Shown: piece after piece, positions 13,083-25,515 of the stretch
Layout of the letters: each line of letters begins with the position of its first letter
Numbering within the stretch: position 1 is the first letter of the stretch
Source: Octopus sinensis
Taxonomy: Eukaryota
Assembly: GCF_006345805.1 (NCBI RefSeq)
Contig: NC_043002.1
Location: 8,742,001 to 8,806,000, forward strand
Direction: 5' to 3'
DNA: 64,000 nt
The notes under the pieces: model-generated
Database searches by the model: none
What the model was told of the DNA's origin: nothing
Seen by the model: the letters and a program-made list of their open reading frames with translations, nothing else
Position numbers and translations under genes: made by a program

Positions 13083-13250
13083 GGCATACAATGATACCAG
13101 AGGGCGCACACGCTCCTACCCTGATGTAATCTCCAGGGATACAGGCATCCAGCAACAGGACCTCCGTAATGCTATGATGGACCATGAAGTCTGGCGTAAC
13201 ATAGTAAATTCCATTGTCTCGACCACAGTCGAACAATGATGATGATGATG
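13083..13250 (+). mobile_element. RTE LINE (second family) RT C-terminus with (TGA)n tail
   Basis: RGRTRSYPDVISRDTG...MMDHEVWRNIVNS* followed by TGATGATGA; second copy at 23650-23895. Confidence 0.75.
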
Positions 13251-13517
13251 CACAACATTTCTGAAGAATCAAGGTGTACCAGAGTCGAGAGAGAGAGAGA
13301 GCATTAATTATCATTGTTTCCACCAAAGTTCTCAAAAGTGAGGGACTGCTCCCCATCAGATCTACTGTTGCAGAAACTGTACTTGTGGTCAGTGGAAAGT
13401 AAAAGGGTAATTGTCAGTAGTTCCATGTTACACTCTTAGCTGGAAGTAATTCCACATAACAAGGTTTTGAGTTCAAATTCTGTCTAGGTAAACTTAAAAT
13501 TGCAGAAAGTTGAATTC

Positions 13518-14175
13518 TTTATCTTTTATTTGTTTTAGTAATTAGACTTTGACCATGCTGGGGCACCACCTCGAAGAATTTTTAGTCAAATAAATCGACC
13601 CAGGACTTCTTTTTTAAGCCTGGTGCTTATTCCACTGGTCTCTTTGGCTGAACTGCTAAGTTACAGGACCGTAAACACACCAACATCAGTTGTCAAGTAG
13701 TGGAGGGGGTCAAGCACGTGCCGGTGGCACGTAAAAAGCACCAACCGATCGTGGCCACTGCCAGCCTGCACTGGCACCTGTGTTGGTGGCACATAAAAAA
13801 AACCCACTACACTCACGGAGTGGTTGGTGTTAGGAAGGGCATCAAGCTGTAGAAACACTACCAGATCAGACTGGAGCCTGGTGCAGCCCCCTGGCTTCCC
13901 AGACCCCGGCTGAACCGTCCAACCCATGCTAGCACGGAAAACGGACGTTAAACAATGATGATGATGATATATATATATATAGAAATAAACATATATATAC
14001 ACACCCACACATACATGACATACTTCTTTCATATTCCCTCTACCAAATCCACTCACAAGACTTTGGTCAGCCCGAGGCTATAGCAGAAGACACTGGCTCA
14101 AAGTACCATGTAGTGGGACTGAGCCCAGAACCATGTGGCTGGAAAGCAAGCCTCTTACCACACATCCATTCCAGC
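13518..14175 (-). mobile_element. CORE-type SINE interrupted by a plus-strand RTE 3'UTR (13715-13968)
   Basis: SINE halves match 22695-23100; nested RTE core and (GAT)n tail. Confidence 0.75.
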
Positions 14176-14509
14176 CCTTAATGCAAAATTTTTTGATAAT
14201 TAATCTCATGTTTAAAGATTATATTTAAATTTTTAATTATCTACATCTGCACAGAGTTTTAATCTGGTTCATATCCAATTGCCATTAGATTCTTATTTCT
14301 AGATACGAACATAGTATTTAATTTGAAATAGGAATTTTTATTTCCAAACTAAAAGTAATGATATTCTTTCTTATCCACTAGACCAGTAATGCAAAGGCAC
14401 TTAATGTTACACTTTTTTTTAATATATATCTTTCAATAAAGGCAGCATTTTGATATTAATAAATTTCCACAATGGTTTTCTATCAAACACGGAAATTTCA
14501 TTTCATAAT

Positions 14510-15076
14510 CAAAATCAAATTCGACGACTGGCATCCGTGCTAGCGGGGTGCAAAGAGTTCCAAAAGAGCACCATACGAGCGTGATCGTTGACAGAGTATC
14601 TAACCGGCTTCCGTGCCAGTGGCACATAAAAGGCACCATTCGAGTGTGATCGTTACCAGCATCGCCTTACTGGCACTTGTGCCCGTGCTAGTAGGGTGCC
14701 AAGAGCACCATCCGAGTGTGATCGTTGCCAGAGCAGCCAACTGACTCCGTGCTGGTGGCATGTAAAAAGGCACCATTCGATCGTGATCATTACCAACGTC
14801 GCCTTACTGGCACCTGTGTTGGTGGCATGCATAAAAAGATTCGAGCGAGGTCATTGCCAGTACCACCTGACTGGCCCCCATGCCGGTGGCACGTAAAAAG
14901 CACCCGCTACACTCTCGGAGTGGTTGGCGTTAGGAAGGGCATCCAGCTGTAGAAACTCTGCCAGATCAAGATTGGAGCCTGATGCAGCCATCTGGTTCGC
15001 CAGCCCTCAGTCGAACCGTCCAACCCATGCTAGCATGGAAAGCGGACGTTAAAACAATGATGATAATGATGATGAT
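14510..15076 (+). mobile_element. RTE 3'UTR copy with long array and 35-bp TSD
   Basis: GTTTTCTATCAAACACGGAAATTTCATTTCATAAT at 14475-14509 and 15077-15111. Confidence 0.85.
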
Positions 15077-15111
15077 GTTTTCTATCAAACACGGAAATTT
15101 CATTTCATAAT

Positions 15112-16075
15112 GTGGTATAATTTTCTTTTTCGCAGTATACATGTTCAGCCATTTCCTCTTTTCCCCTTTATACACCTTCCACAAATATATCAGATACAGT
15201 TACAGGTACAGTTCCTATGTTTGAGCTATTCCTTGATAGATTTAAATTTGATAGGGAATTTGCAGTGTTACTTTTGAAAATAGTCTTGATATTAAAAGTG
15301 TTATAAAGTCTTGGAATTTTCTCAAGCAAACCTTGACAGTAAAGCAGAGATACAGTAGTGCAGTTAATGCCTATTTTGTGCTTGAGAGTAGAGGTAGGAC
15401 TTGGTATTTTTCATTCAAGTCTATTCTTTTTAAGTGATATTTCTTTCCTTATTAGCTTATTTTGCTTTTTAGTGCAAGTTGTTCTTATTTGATGTAGTAA
15501 CCATTTTACAATTCATAACACAGATTGATGATAAGAATGATAGAGTATAGTCCAGTGGTTGTTTGGTTTCGATACAATGATAATCTTTGACCAGCTTCTT
15601 TTCATTCCATCAGTACATCAAGATATGACATGCTAAGGTCTATTTATTAACTCTACATTTGTCCAGCAAAAAATTCCCCTGTAGATTATCTAAACAGACC
15701 AATAGTTTATGTATTCAAAGATGTTGAAAAAACTTCATTTTTTTCATCATGTTAAATAAAGTAATACTGCAATATTTTCAGTCAATTTTCCTTTTCACAG
15801 ACATTTAGATTTATAGGAAACTAAATTTGTTTCGACTAATTACACATGGTACAGAAACCGTGCAGATAGCTGTGCAAGGGAAATAACTGAACAAATCTTT
15901 TGTCAGATTTGTCTTTTCTTGCCCAGTCTAATCTGTTTCTTCCATAAGTCAGCAGTCACTTTGAACTACATTTCTCAACCTTTCTTTCAAGAAGCCCACT
16001 CTACCAGAGAAAAATGTTATAGATGTTTATCTCTGGTGCCTTTATTTAATTTCCATTTAGCTGTTCATTTGGCTT
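15112..16075 (-). pseudogene. Possible decayed large exon, distantly similar to the 41-43.5 kb exon
   Basis: One frame over 15480-15121 has only two stops in ~120 codons: ..KEISLKKNRLE*KIPSPTSTL..ANSLSNLNLSRNSSNIGTVPVT.., versus DISSSKRNKISVNIQRHLSTL..ENLISNLNLS..SVPVT in the large exon. Confidence 0.3.
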
Positions 16076-16115
16076 GAAATATAGATAAAGCAAAAGCACA
16101 TCAATATCTCAAACC

Positions 16116-16330
16116 TATTCTTTTACTTGTTTCAGTCATTTGACTATGGTCTTTAGTGAAACATCACCTTTAGTCAAACAAATCGACCCCAGAACTTTAT
16201 TCTCTGTCAACCTAGTACTTACTCTATTGGTCTCTTTTGCCAAACAGCTAAGTTACAGGGACGTAAACACACCAACATCGGTTGTTACGCGATGGTGGGG
16301 GCAACAAACACAGAGGCACAAATACATACT

Positions 16331-16411
<81 letters not shown>

Positions 16412-16680
16412 TTTAATCCAAACAAGAAAGCACAAAAAAACACAACAACGCGAGGACGTGGAACAAATATAGTATTATTGGACACTCAGGAAGGAAGGGA
16501 AGAAGGAGGGAAGGAAGGAAGGAAGAACTGGCTTCTTTCAGTTTCTGCCTACCAAATCCACTCACAAGGCTTTGGTTGGCCTGAAGTTATAGTAGAAGAC
16601 ATCTGCCCAAGGTGTCACACAGTGGGACGGAACCAGGAACCATGTGGTTGGGAAGCAAGCTTCTTACCACTCAGCTATTC
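16116..16680 (-). mobile_element. CORE-type SINE with a PLE-type end fragment in its (TA)n tract
   Basis: SINE consensus; part of 16410-16500 is the reverse complement of 50846-50885. Confidence 0.7.
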
Positions 16681-16712
16681 TTGCACTGATTGTGGATTAA
16701 TTTTATATAAGA

Positions 16713-17220
16713 CTAGCAGTATCGCCCGGTGTTGCTCGGGTTTGTAAGGGAAATAACTATATAAGCATTTTTAGAGAGTTACTTCCCTTATAGATGCCAA
16801 TTCGGGCTTTCTTAGCCATTTCTGTTTTGGTGTCTTCAAGCCATGAAGTCGTTGTTCTAAAAGAACGCTGGTCTCCTTGACAACGCATTACGACGTTGAT
16901 TTCTTTACCCTCCCTTCCCCACAGCTTCACAAGGGAGGGAAGGGGGAGAAGCAAACAGGTGCAGCTGTGAGCGTGGACGCCAACTCCGCCGCCATCGACA
17001 CACGAAAAATTATGCATTAAAATGGAATAAAAAATGATGTTAAATTATTTTTAAAATCGTAGACTCATCGTTGACGCGCGCTAATAGCCAGACAGGCTCG
17101 ATATTAATCACGACTATAAGATACCCGAATTTGGTTAAACTGCACCGCAAAATGTGGGAGGAGTTAGGAATCTAAATCGAAGGGGACAGACACTCACACA
17201 ACTAGAGTTTTATATATAGA
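16713..17220 (-). mobile_element. Non-autonomous Helitron
   Basis: Minus strand starts TC and ends CTAG with a subterminal CCCGAGCAACACCGGG hairpin, inserted at A|T; related to 45849-46248. Confidence 0.8.
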
Positions 17221-17694
17221 TATTAGATAATGTTGGTGTCACTCTCGGTGATATGTTATCCTAGCAAAAACATTTATAAGCACTCATATAAAAACAGAAC
17301 CACTAAGAATAATAATCAGTATTTGATGATGATATTAGATATTTGAGTCTTTTATAGACCAAACTTCAAAAGGAAGGTAGTTCCCAAATTATTTCCAACA
17401 AAAGATTAGATTTTCATCAGGAGTACAATCCTAAGACATTTGCTCACATGCAAAGAGTTTACCTTAAATTTCAGAAACACCAGAAGAATTTCCAGCCTCG
17501 ACTCAAAAAATAATTTCTAGAATGTAAAAAGTTAGTAGTTCAGTCTTGGAAAGCAACTACCGGCATTGATAACCAATACAACAGTTTAGTAAACCTGTAT
17601 TTCCAAACTTATGTCACGAAACTCTTGTATAGATTTCTAAAAATTGAAAACATTTTCTATCAACAAGACTGTCATTTAAATTTTAATAAGGAAT

Positions 17695-18062
17695 TCATCA
17701 TCATCACCATCATCATCATCATTTAACATCCGCTTTCCATGCTAGCATGGGTTGGACGATTTGACTGAGGTCTGACGAACCAGACTCCAATCTTGATCTG
17801 GCAGAGTTTCTACAGCTGGATGCCCTTCCTAACGCCAACCACTCCGAGAGTGTAGTGGGTGCTTTTATGTGCCACCGGCACGAGGGCCAGTTTGGTGGCA
17901 CTGGCAACGGCCACGCCCAAATGGTGCTTTTTATGTGCCACCTGCACAGGAGCCAGTCCAGCGGCACTGGCGACAACCTCGCTCGAATGTTTCACGTGCC
18001 ACCAACACAAGTGCTAGTAAGGCGATGCGGTAATGATCACGCTCGAATGGTGTGTTTAACGT
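17695..18062 (-). mobile_element. RTE 3'UTR copy with array
   Basis: Core, array and (CAT)n tail. Confidence 0.8.
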
Positions 18063-18884
18063 GCAGAAATATATAAAACAAATTCTTCATCGTTCATCAT
18101 CATTTAACATCCGTCTTACCATTCTTGCATGGGTCAAATGGAATTTGTTGAGGCAGATTTTCCATGGCTGGATGCCCTTCTTGTTGCCAGCCCTCATGTT
18201 TCCAAGCAAAGCAATATTTCCCATGGCCAGAAATGATTTTAACAAAAGACTGGAAACAAAGAACAACACATGATGGTGATGATCATTTATAACCATCGGG
18301 TGGGATCAAGAAAGGACACACATACACACACACATTCATACATAAAACATAATCAGTATTTATGCTTTATAAAACGTACAATATTTCAGAAAGCCTGCCA
18401 TCATAGATTATGTGAAACCTAAAGGCTCTGTTTTGCAAAAATGTTGCTGGTTCACTTTGTCAGCATTATTGGCAAAAATATAGTAAAAGAAAAAGATGCA
18501 GGCCCTTATATTCACAAGTATGCAAATAAGTAGTTAGATCACCATATGAGAATAGTGGGAGAAGAAGGAAGAGGGTAACAAAACGTATGAGATCAGATGG
18601 TGAAAGGAATACAATCAAGGTCACACCACAAGCAGTGCATCTAATAACAATAAAGATCACAAAAGTAATAAAAATAATAACAATAAAACAAATTATAAAT
18701 AAAAACACATTAGCAATAATAAAATTCACATCAGGAAGGAGAAGAAGAAAGAGGAGGAGAAGGAGAAAAAGAAGGAGGAGGAAGAGGAAGATGGGGATGG
18801 GAGGAGGAGGAGAGGGAGGAGAGGGGGAGGAGGAGGAGGTCTCTAAAAGAAATGGAGAAACTTTCAAAATACAAAGACCTACAA

Positions 18885-19190
18885 ATAGAGGTTACTTGAA
18901 TGTAGAATCTAAAAACAGAAACAATTCCTATCATAGTAGGTGCATAAGCTATGATAAAAAAATATTCAGACAAATACACAACAAAAACACCAGGACTTCC
19001 AAACACATATAACATACAAAAATTTGCACTATTAGGCACTGCACAAATCCTACGCAGAACACTTTCCATATAATAACTATCAGAGCATCACAACAAATCA
19101 CAGCACATACCCAAGGCACACAGAGCTGCGCTCGGTAGTGAAGTGAAAGCACGCTATAAAAATAAAACTACTGAATAATAATAATAATAG
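18885..19190 (+). mobile_element. R4/Dong-like non-LTR retrotransposon 3' end
   Basis: QKFALLGTAQILRRTL-like C-terminus (cf. QKxxLLGTAxILR) and (TAA)n tail. Confidence 0.6.
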
Positions 19191-19239
19191 ACAATAAGTA
19201 TAGTGCAATGCAATTTGGAACAGATTGTTTATTTAATGG

Positions 19240-19284
19240 TTTGAACGATATTTCCACATATCATTTGTCTTCTTCAAGTTCAAA
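19240..19284 (-). ncRNA. Degenerate minimal type I hammerhead downstream of a PLE endonuclease
   Basis: TTTGAAC-TTGAAGA-A-GACA..TGTG-GAAATATC-GTTCAAA; perfect 7-bp stem I, C3 mutated. Confidence 0.5.
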
Positions 19285-19479
19285 ATGTAAAATGATAACT
19301 GCAGAAACACAGAAAATCAAAATATAAATGAGGAAATCCTGTGTCCCTATTTTGATAGAATGACATCATCAGTTTTCAATTTTGTAAATGGTAAAAGGAG
19401 AAAAAAAAAGAAAGAAAAAGAAAAGACTATTTAGTCAAACAGTTTTGTGTAAATGTGATGAGATTCAGTCATTTCATTC

Positions 19480-20160
19480 ATTCCTCCAGGTTGTGACGTA
19501 AGTAGTTCACAAATATGTTTGTCCTCATACATTTTGAGGACTGAAAGTGTAGTAGAGTCAGAATAATTTCTGGGAATGGGCACTTTCTGGTGTTCCTCAA
19601 AACTGATGTAAAATGTTCAGCAAGTTCTGTTAAACTACTGCTACTGTGCCTGACATCATACCTGTGCCCATTGAATCTTTTCTTTAATTGTTCTGTTGTA
19701 CAACCACTCCTGCTCCTGAGTGTGGGCTGCGGGGTCACTCTGAAAAGCTCTATCAATGACGATTTCATCTCAGTCAAAGGAGAGGGGCTTTCTCCGTCCA
19801 GGTTGTGGATCCGTGGAATAAGCTGCCTGATGAGATAGTGAAGATGCTGACAACCGCTCTTATTCAAAGTCTCTCTTGACCAGAATTGGCCTGAACTCTT
19901 TCTATGACCACCCTCCCTGTACATAACTCCCTGTCCCCCTACATGGCCTTGCTTTTGCTTTTTGAGTCAATAAAGATTGAATTGAATTGAAATTTGGGCT
20001 GTACAATATTCATATCTGCTGCATGTATAAGCTCTAACCTCTGTAGAACTATCACCTTTAGAGTGATAGAAAGAAAAACTGAGTAGTTTGAATGTGTTAA
20101 GGCAAGTGCTGCCAGCAAAAAGACGAAATTCTGACAATTTTGTGCATCAGAAGATCCATA
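19480..20160 (-). mobile_element. Penelope-like GIY-YIG remnant split by a CR1 fragment
   Basis: ..YTCSRYEYCTAQ / GCTTEQLKKRFNGHRYDV..LAEHF. Confidence 0.6.
19706..19992 (+). mobile_element. CR1/L2-type LINE 3' end
   Basis: LRGHSEKL..RGAFSVQVVDPWNKLPDEIV..FKVSLD motif; (TTGAA)n tail. Confidence 0.75.
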
Positions 20161-20487
20161 CTGTATGCAAAGTGCATGAGGATGATAGTAGGGTGAGTCA
20201 ATGTTTCACTGAGAGATCAAGGGAAGGTTAAGTGTGTGGACAAACATTGGATAGGACGACAGAGGTACAAAAGTGGAAAGGACAAAGGGGGTAACCAAAT
20301 GTAGGATACAGGAAACCTAACAGCATCCTACTTATACAACAATACAAGAACCTAATGGGAGAGATACCACCATGGCACACTGGGGGTTATAGCTGAAGAC
20401 TAGCCTATCCCATCATAGTTACAGCTAGAACCCATCACCAGCCAGTGGTTTCAGAAGGTCCAAGGTTTCCTGTGAACAGGAAAAATC

Positions 20488-20863
20488 TGGCACGCTGTAC
20501 CGGTGGCACATAAAAAGCACCAACCAATCGTAGTCATTGCCAGCCTACCCTGACACCTAAAAAGCACCATCCGTATTTGGCCGATGCCAGTGCCGCCTTG
20601 ACTGGCCTCCATGCCGGTGGCACATAAAAAGCACCAACCGATCGTGACCATTGCCAGCCTCCCCTGACACCTGTGCCAGTGGCACGTAAAAAGAACCCAC
20701 TATACTCACGGAGTGGTTGGTGTTAGGAAGGGCATCCATCTGTAGAAACTCTGCCAGATCAGACTGGAGCCTGGTGCAGCTTCCTGGCTTCCCAGACCCC
20801 AGTCAAACCGTCCAACCCATGCTAGCATGGAAAACAGACGTTAAAATATGATGATGATGATGA
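20488..20863 (+). mobile_element. RTE 3'UTR copy with array
   Basis: Core, array and tail. Confidence 0.8.
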
Positions 20864-21064
20864 TTCCATTTATCAAGTAAATAGTTACTGCAGCCTAACA
20901 TAATATCCAATCCCACCTTGGTGCAGAGCAGGTCTGTCTCCCTCCTTAGTAGGGTTGAGCATTTCTCAATCAATAACTGTTTCTTTGAGATGTCTGGCGA
21001 TATGAGGTTCTGGAGAAGACCTGCCCACACCATCAAACTTGAGTTCTAGAAGCGTTGTGTTCCA

Positions 21065-21290
21065 CTCATCATCCTTATCGTGTAACGTCCGCTTTCCATG
21101 CTAGCATGGGTAGGACGGTTTGACTGTGGGCTGGCGAACAAGATGGCTGCACCAGGCTCCAGTCTTGATTTGGCAGAGTTTCTACAACTGGAGGCCCTTC
21201 CTAACGCCAACCACTCCGAGAGCGTAGTGGGTGCTTTTATGTGCCACCGGCACGAGGGCCAGTCAGGCGGTACTGGCAACAACCTCGCTT
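21065..21290 (-). mobile_element. RTE 3'UTR copy
   Basis: Core sequence. Confidence 0.75.
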
Positions 21291-21858
21291 GAATTTTAAA
21301 ATTTTCACACATCCTACACCAACAAACCAAACTACATTCCTCTTTCCCAAACTGTTTCTCTTCTCTGCTATCATTATCTCCCACTCTCCAACCCAGTCCA
21401 CACCACCCTGCTCACCGTATCATCGCTTCCCTCCATCCCCTTCCCCTCTATACCCAGATTCTCACTAATCACAACATTCCTCACTCCCACTCCCTACTCA
21501 CAGGTGATGGCCAGGCAGGAGCCTGCACCATGCTTCTGCATCTATTTTGATATAGTTTTTGGCTGGAAGCCCTCCCTAACACCTAATCCCCACTCCTTGT
21601 GAGTATACCTTGGCACTTACTGCCCATGCTAGCATGGAAAGTGGACGTTAAACGATGATGATGATGATTCTGATGATGTGTGTGAATGTGCCTTTGACCT
21701 TCGCCACTAATTGATAACTGGTATTGATTTGTTTATGCCCTATAACTTAGCAAAAGAGAATACCAGACACAAAAAAAGAAATTAAAGTACTGGAGTTGAT
21801 TTATTTGACTAAACCTTCCGGGGGGGGGGGGGGCAATGGAACAAGTAAAAGATATTAC

Positions 21859-22200
21859 GTAAGCACTTTCACTGTTTCCAGTTTTTCAAACCCATGTGAT
21901 GAGGTAGTTCATCCAGAGGAAGTTGTTGTTTGTAACAGTATTGACTATTTCTGGTTTGGTTTCGGATTTAGAATTCTTAAAACGGTATACTTCTTTAGTC
22001 TTTCATCGGTGATCATTTGCTTCCTTTATTTTGGAAAAGGGGAATATTTTGAATTTTCCATCAATCGATACAAATGTGTAGATAGTCACCACAAGAAACA
22101 TTTCTATGAGAAAAATCTTTGATTTGTTGTTTGTGTATCCTAACCCAAAGTCTGGTTTACATTCAAATGTTTCATTCAATACCTCTGCATCATGGGTCAG
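21859..22200 (-). pseudogene. Exon-like 342-nt segment with two in-frame TGA
   Basis: TTCTGTAG| acceptor, |GTAATA donor, length divisible by 3, 65 open codons (LTHDAEVLNETFECKPDFG..) before the first stop. Confidence 0.3.
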
Positions 22201-22252
22201 CTACAGAACAAGCATAACAACCAAGGGACACTGACAATGATATAATTACTAT

Positions 22253-22530
22253 CCATTCGAGTGTGTTTGTTACCAACGTCACTTCACTGGCACATGTAAA
22301 AAGATTTGAGCGAGGTCATTGCCAGTACCGCCTGACTGGCCCCGTGCCAGTGGCACGTAAAAGCACCCACTACACTCTCGGAGTGGTTGGCATTAGGAAG
22401 GGCATCCAGTTGTAGAAACTCTGCCAGATCAAGATTGGGGCCTGGTGCAGCCATCTGGTTCGCCAGCCCTCAGTCAAAATCGTCCAACCCATGCTAGCAT
22501 GGAAAGCGGACGTTAAACGAAGATGATGAG
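22253..22530 (+). mobile_element. RTE 3'UTR copy
   Basis: Core and tail. Confidence 0.8.
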
Positions 22531-22692
22531 TGAAAGGAAATCAAGTTATCTCTTTTGGTACCAACCAACCTGAGGCCACTCTTGAATCTATGATATGATC
22601 TTTCAGTTTTTATGTTATCTAAAGTAAAACCTTCCAGTGAAATTTCATATAAATCTATGTTCCAAATACTAACTTAATGACAAAATTATTTT

Positions 22693-23100
22693 ACTCTTTT
22701 ATTTGTTTCAGTCATTTGACTGTGGCCATGCTGGAGCACCGCTTTTAGTTGCGCAAATCAACCCCAGGACTTATTCTTTGTAAGCCTAGTACTTATTCTA
22801 TCAGTCTCTTTTGCTGAACCGCTAAGTTACGGGGACAAAAACACACCAGCATCAGTTGTCAAGCGAAGTTGGGGGGACAAACACAGACACACAAACATAC
22901 ACACACACATACATACATATATATATACATATATACGATGGGCTTCTTTCAGTTTCTGTCTACTGAATCCACTCACAAGGCTTTGGTTGGCCCGAGGCTA
23001 TAGTAGAAGATACTTACCCAAGGTGCCACACAGTGGGACTGAACCCGGAACAATGTGATTGGTAAGCAAGCTACTTACCACACAGCCACTCCTATACCTA
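22693..23100 (-). mobile_element. CORE-type tRNA SINE, full length
   Basis: Minus-strand GGAGTGGCTGTGTGGTAAG..GGTTCAGTCCC..CCTTGGGTAAGT (CORE-like). Confidence 0.85.
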
Positions 23101-23196
23101 AATTTTTTATTTTCAAAATGAATTGAAACAAAAGTAGTGTGAAACTTTTGTTTCAATTCATTGAAATATAGAAACAAAAGGCTTAAAGATTAAAAC

Positions 23197-23575
23197 AGGC
23201 GCAGGAGTGGCTGTGTAGTAAGTAGCTTGCTAACCAACCACATGGTTGCGGGTTCAGTTCCACTGCGTGGCATCTTGGGCAAGTGTCTTCTGCTATAGCC
23301 CCGGGCCGACCAATGCCTTGTAAGTGGATTTGGTAGACGGAAACTGAAAGAAGCCTGTCGTATATATATATATATGTGTGTTTGTGTTTGTCCCCTTAGC
23401 ATTGCTTGACAACCGATGCTGGTGTGTTTACGTCCCCGTCACTTAGCGGTTCGGCAAAAGAGACTGATAGAATAAGTACTGGGCTTACAAAGAATAAGGG
23501 TCGATTTGCTCGACTAAAGGCGATGCTCCAGCATGGCCGCAGTCAAATGACTGAAACGAGTAAAAGAGTAAAGAG
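23197..23575 (+). mobile_element. CORE-type tRNA SINE, full length, head-to-head with the previous copy
   Basis: AGGCGCAGGAGTGGCTGTG..CTTGGGCAAGTG..TGACTGAAAC tail. Confidence 0.85.
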
Positions 23576-23649
23576 AGTGGCTTTTAATCTTTCTTGACTT
23601 AGTGGTGCACTGAAATTGATTAGAAAATTACTCTAGTGAAATATGTCAT

Positions 23650-23895
23650 TCATTCATTGTTCGACCGTGGTCGAGACAGTGGAATTTACTATGTTACACC
23701 AGACTTCACGGTCCATCATAGCATTATGGAGGTCCTGTTGCTGGATGCCTGTATCCCTGGAGATTACATCAGGGTAGGAGAGTGTGCGCCCTCTGGTATC
23801 GTGAGCAGATGGCTTCCAGAGGAGAAGAGTAGAAATTACCTCGTTTTCAGCTCTACAACAATGTCCAGCAAACTGGACTCTTCCACCTTTCACAA
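23650..23895 (-). mobile_element. RTE LINE (second family) RT C-terminus
   Basis: RVQFAGHCCR..LLLWKP..RGRTLSYPDVI..DREVW. Confidence 0.75.
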
Positions 23896-24499
23896 GAGAT
23901 GAAATATGTAGTTATGTAGTATGAGTTATCTATTTATTATTATATTTATTTATAGATGCGTATATAATTTGTGTGTCACCCAGTTATATTCTACATCATA
24001 ATTTCACCAACAAAAGCAACAAATCACAAAACCGTCATTACAACAACCAAACCTTCCACTGTATCCCCTACAGGAAGAAAATACACAAACATAACAATAA
24101 GAAAACATACAAAAACAGCAAATAGAGGACATACAAACACAACCACTAAACCATTAAAAAGCAATGAAACTCTCAAGTAGAAACAGAATGGATTTCATTG
24201 TGATGAACAAAAACAACAAGGGGTTAATGAGCTACTTAAGGAGACGTCACAAAGACAGAAGGGGAAGAATTTTTTTTTTAAATCATCCCCAAAAGACCTG
24301 AAGAAAGAGGCCTAATAAAAACATCAAGTCAAATTTAACACACTCTTGAACAACTTCCTAGGGAGTATGGGGATTTTCAGAAAATCAATAAATAAAACCT
24401 AATCAGAAGGGCCTTTCAAGGGACACCCACCTCAAAAGAACACAGACCATCCTTGCTACTTGAAGTTACTTGAAGTGAGGTGAGTGGTTTCTCCTTTTA

Positions 24500-24775
24500 T
24501 TTTTGCCAGCAAATATGGAGGCACTCAGACTAGGATGTATCAATGTATGTAGTCTGGAGTTAGCTTGGAAGCAAGGTCACCTGCACAACAACCCCAGATC
24601 ACTTGACTTAGGTGTGGTAGCCATTACTGAAACCAGAATTTCTGGGATGCACACACTCAGTCCAAATTTTGACAACTACAAGACATATTCATCTTGTAGT
24701 CTGATAGAATCAGGTGGTGGAGTAGCTGTGTTTTTCCAGAAAGAATTAGGTTTAGAGGTGCAGACAATCTTCCCA
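24500..24775 (+). mobile_element. LINE APE endonuclease fragment (L1/Tx1-like)
   Basis: LRLGCINVCSL..VVAITETR..GGGVAVFF motifs. Confidence 0.65.
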
Positions 24776-24904
24776 GCTGGTACTTTTTGTGATGGAAAAT
24801 ACACATTTTGTGGCAGTTATAACGAAATTGCTTTCTTATATCAGAGTAATAAGGCGTTTCAATAGAACATATTTACCCCTGATGTAAACTGGCTACACGA
24901 GCTA

Positions 24905-25050
24905 GTTTGGCGTTAGGAAGGGCATCCAGCTGTAGAAACACTGCCATATCTGACTGGCCTGGTGCAGCCTTCGGGCTTGCCAGACCCCAGTTGAACCGTC
25001 CAACCCATGCTAGCATGGAAAGCGGACGTTAAACGATGAACAACAACAAC
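24905..25050 (+). mobile_element. Short RTE 3' end
   Basis: Core sequence. Confidence 0.75.
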
Positions 25051-25113
25051 ATATATATATCAGAAATACTAAATTTCTAAATCTCTCGTAGTGACATGTA
25101 CGGTGGTGGGGCG

Positions 25114-25322
25114 ATAGAATGGTTGTATACTGTCAATCTAACACGAACGTGACAGTAGGGGGGTACACCACCGCTGTTTAGCCCTAGGAAGCATCGACGC
25201 CTCCTGATGGAAAAATGTGTCAAAGCCATCGGGAAGCGTTGATGCTTCCTAGGGCTAAACAGCGGTGGTGTACCCCCCTACTGTCACGTTCCTGTTAGAC
25301 TGACAGTATACAACCATTCTAT
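25114..25322. repeat. Near-perfect ~97-bp-arm foldback (MITE-like)
   Basis: ATAGAATGGTTGTATACTGTC...CCTGATGG / CCATCGGG...GACAGTATACAACCATTCTAT, 15-nt loop, ~5 mismatches. Confidence 0.9.
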
Positions 25323-25339
25323 ATATATATATATATATA

Positions 25340-25515
25340 TCTTTATTGCCCACAGGGGGCAAAACTTAGAGGGGACAAACAATGACAGACAAAGGGATTA
25401 AGTCAATTACATCGATCCCAGAGCGCAACTGGTACTTATTTAATCGACCCTGAAAGGATGAAAGGCAAAGTTGACCTCGGTGGAATTTGAACTCAGAGCG
25501 TAACGGCAGACGAGA
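25340..25515 (-). mobile_element. Meta-domain SINE, truncated
   Basis: Consensus match. Confidence 0.75.

Noticed and set aside
18466-19069. Poly-Arg/Gly/Glu and Leu/Pro ORFs
   Set aside because: Purine-rich simple repeat fused to an R4-like fragment
21859-22200. Two in-frame TGA codons as possible selenocysteine
   Set aside because: No selenoprotein motif or SECIS seen; neighbouring blocks also contain TAA stops, so decay is the simpler explanation
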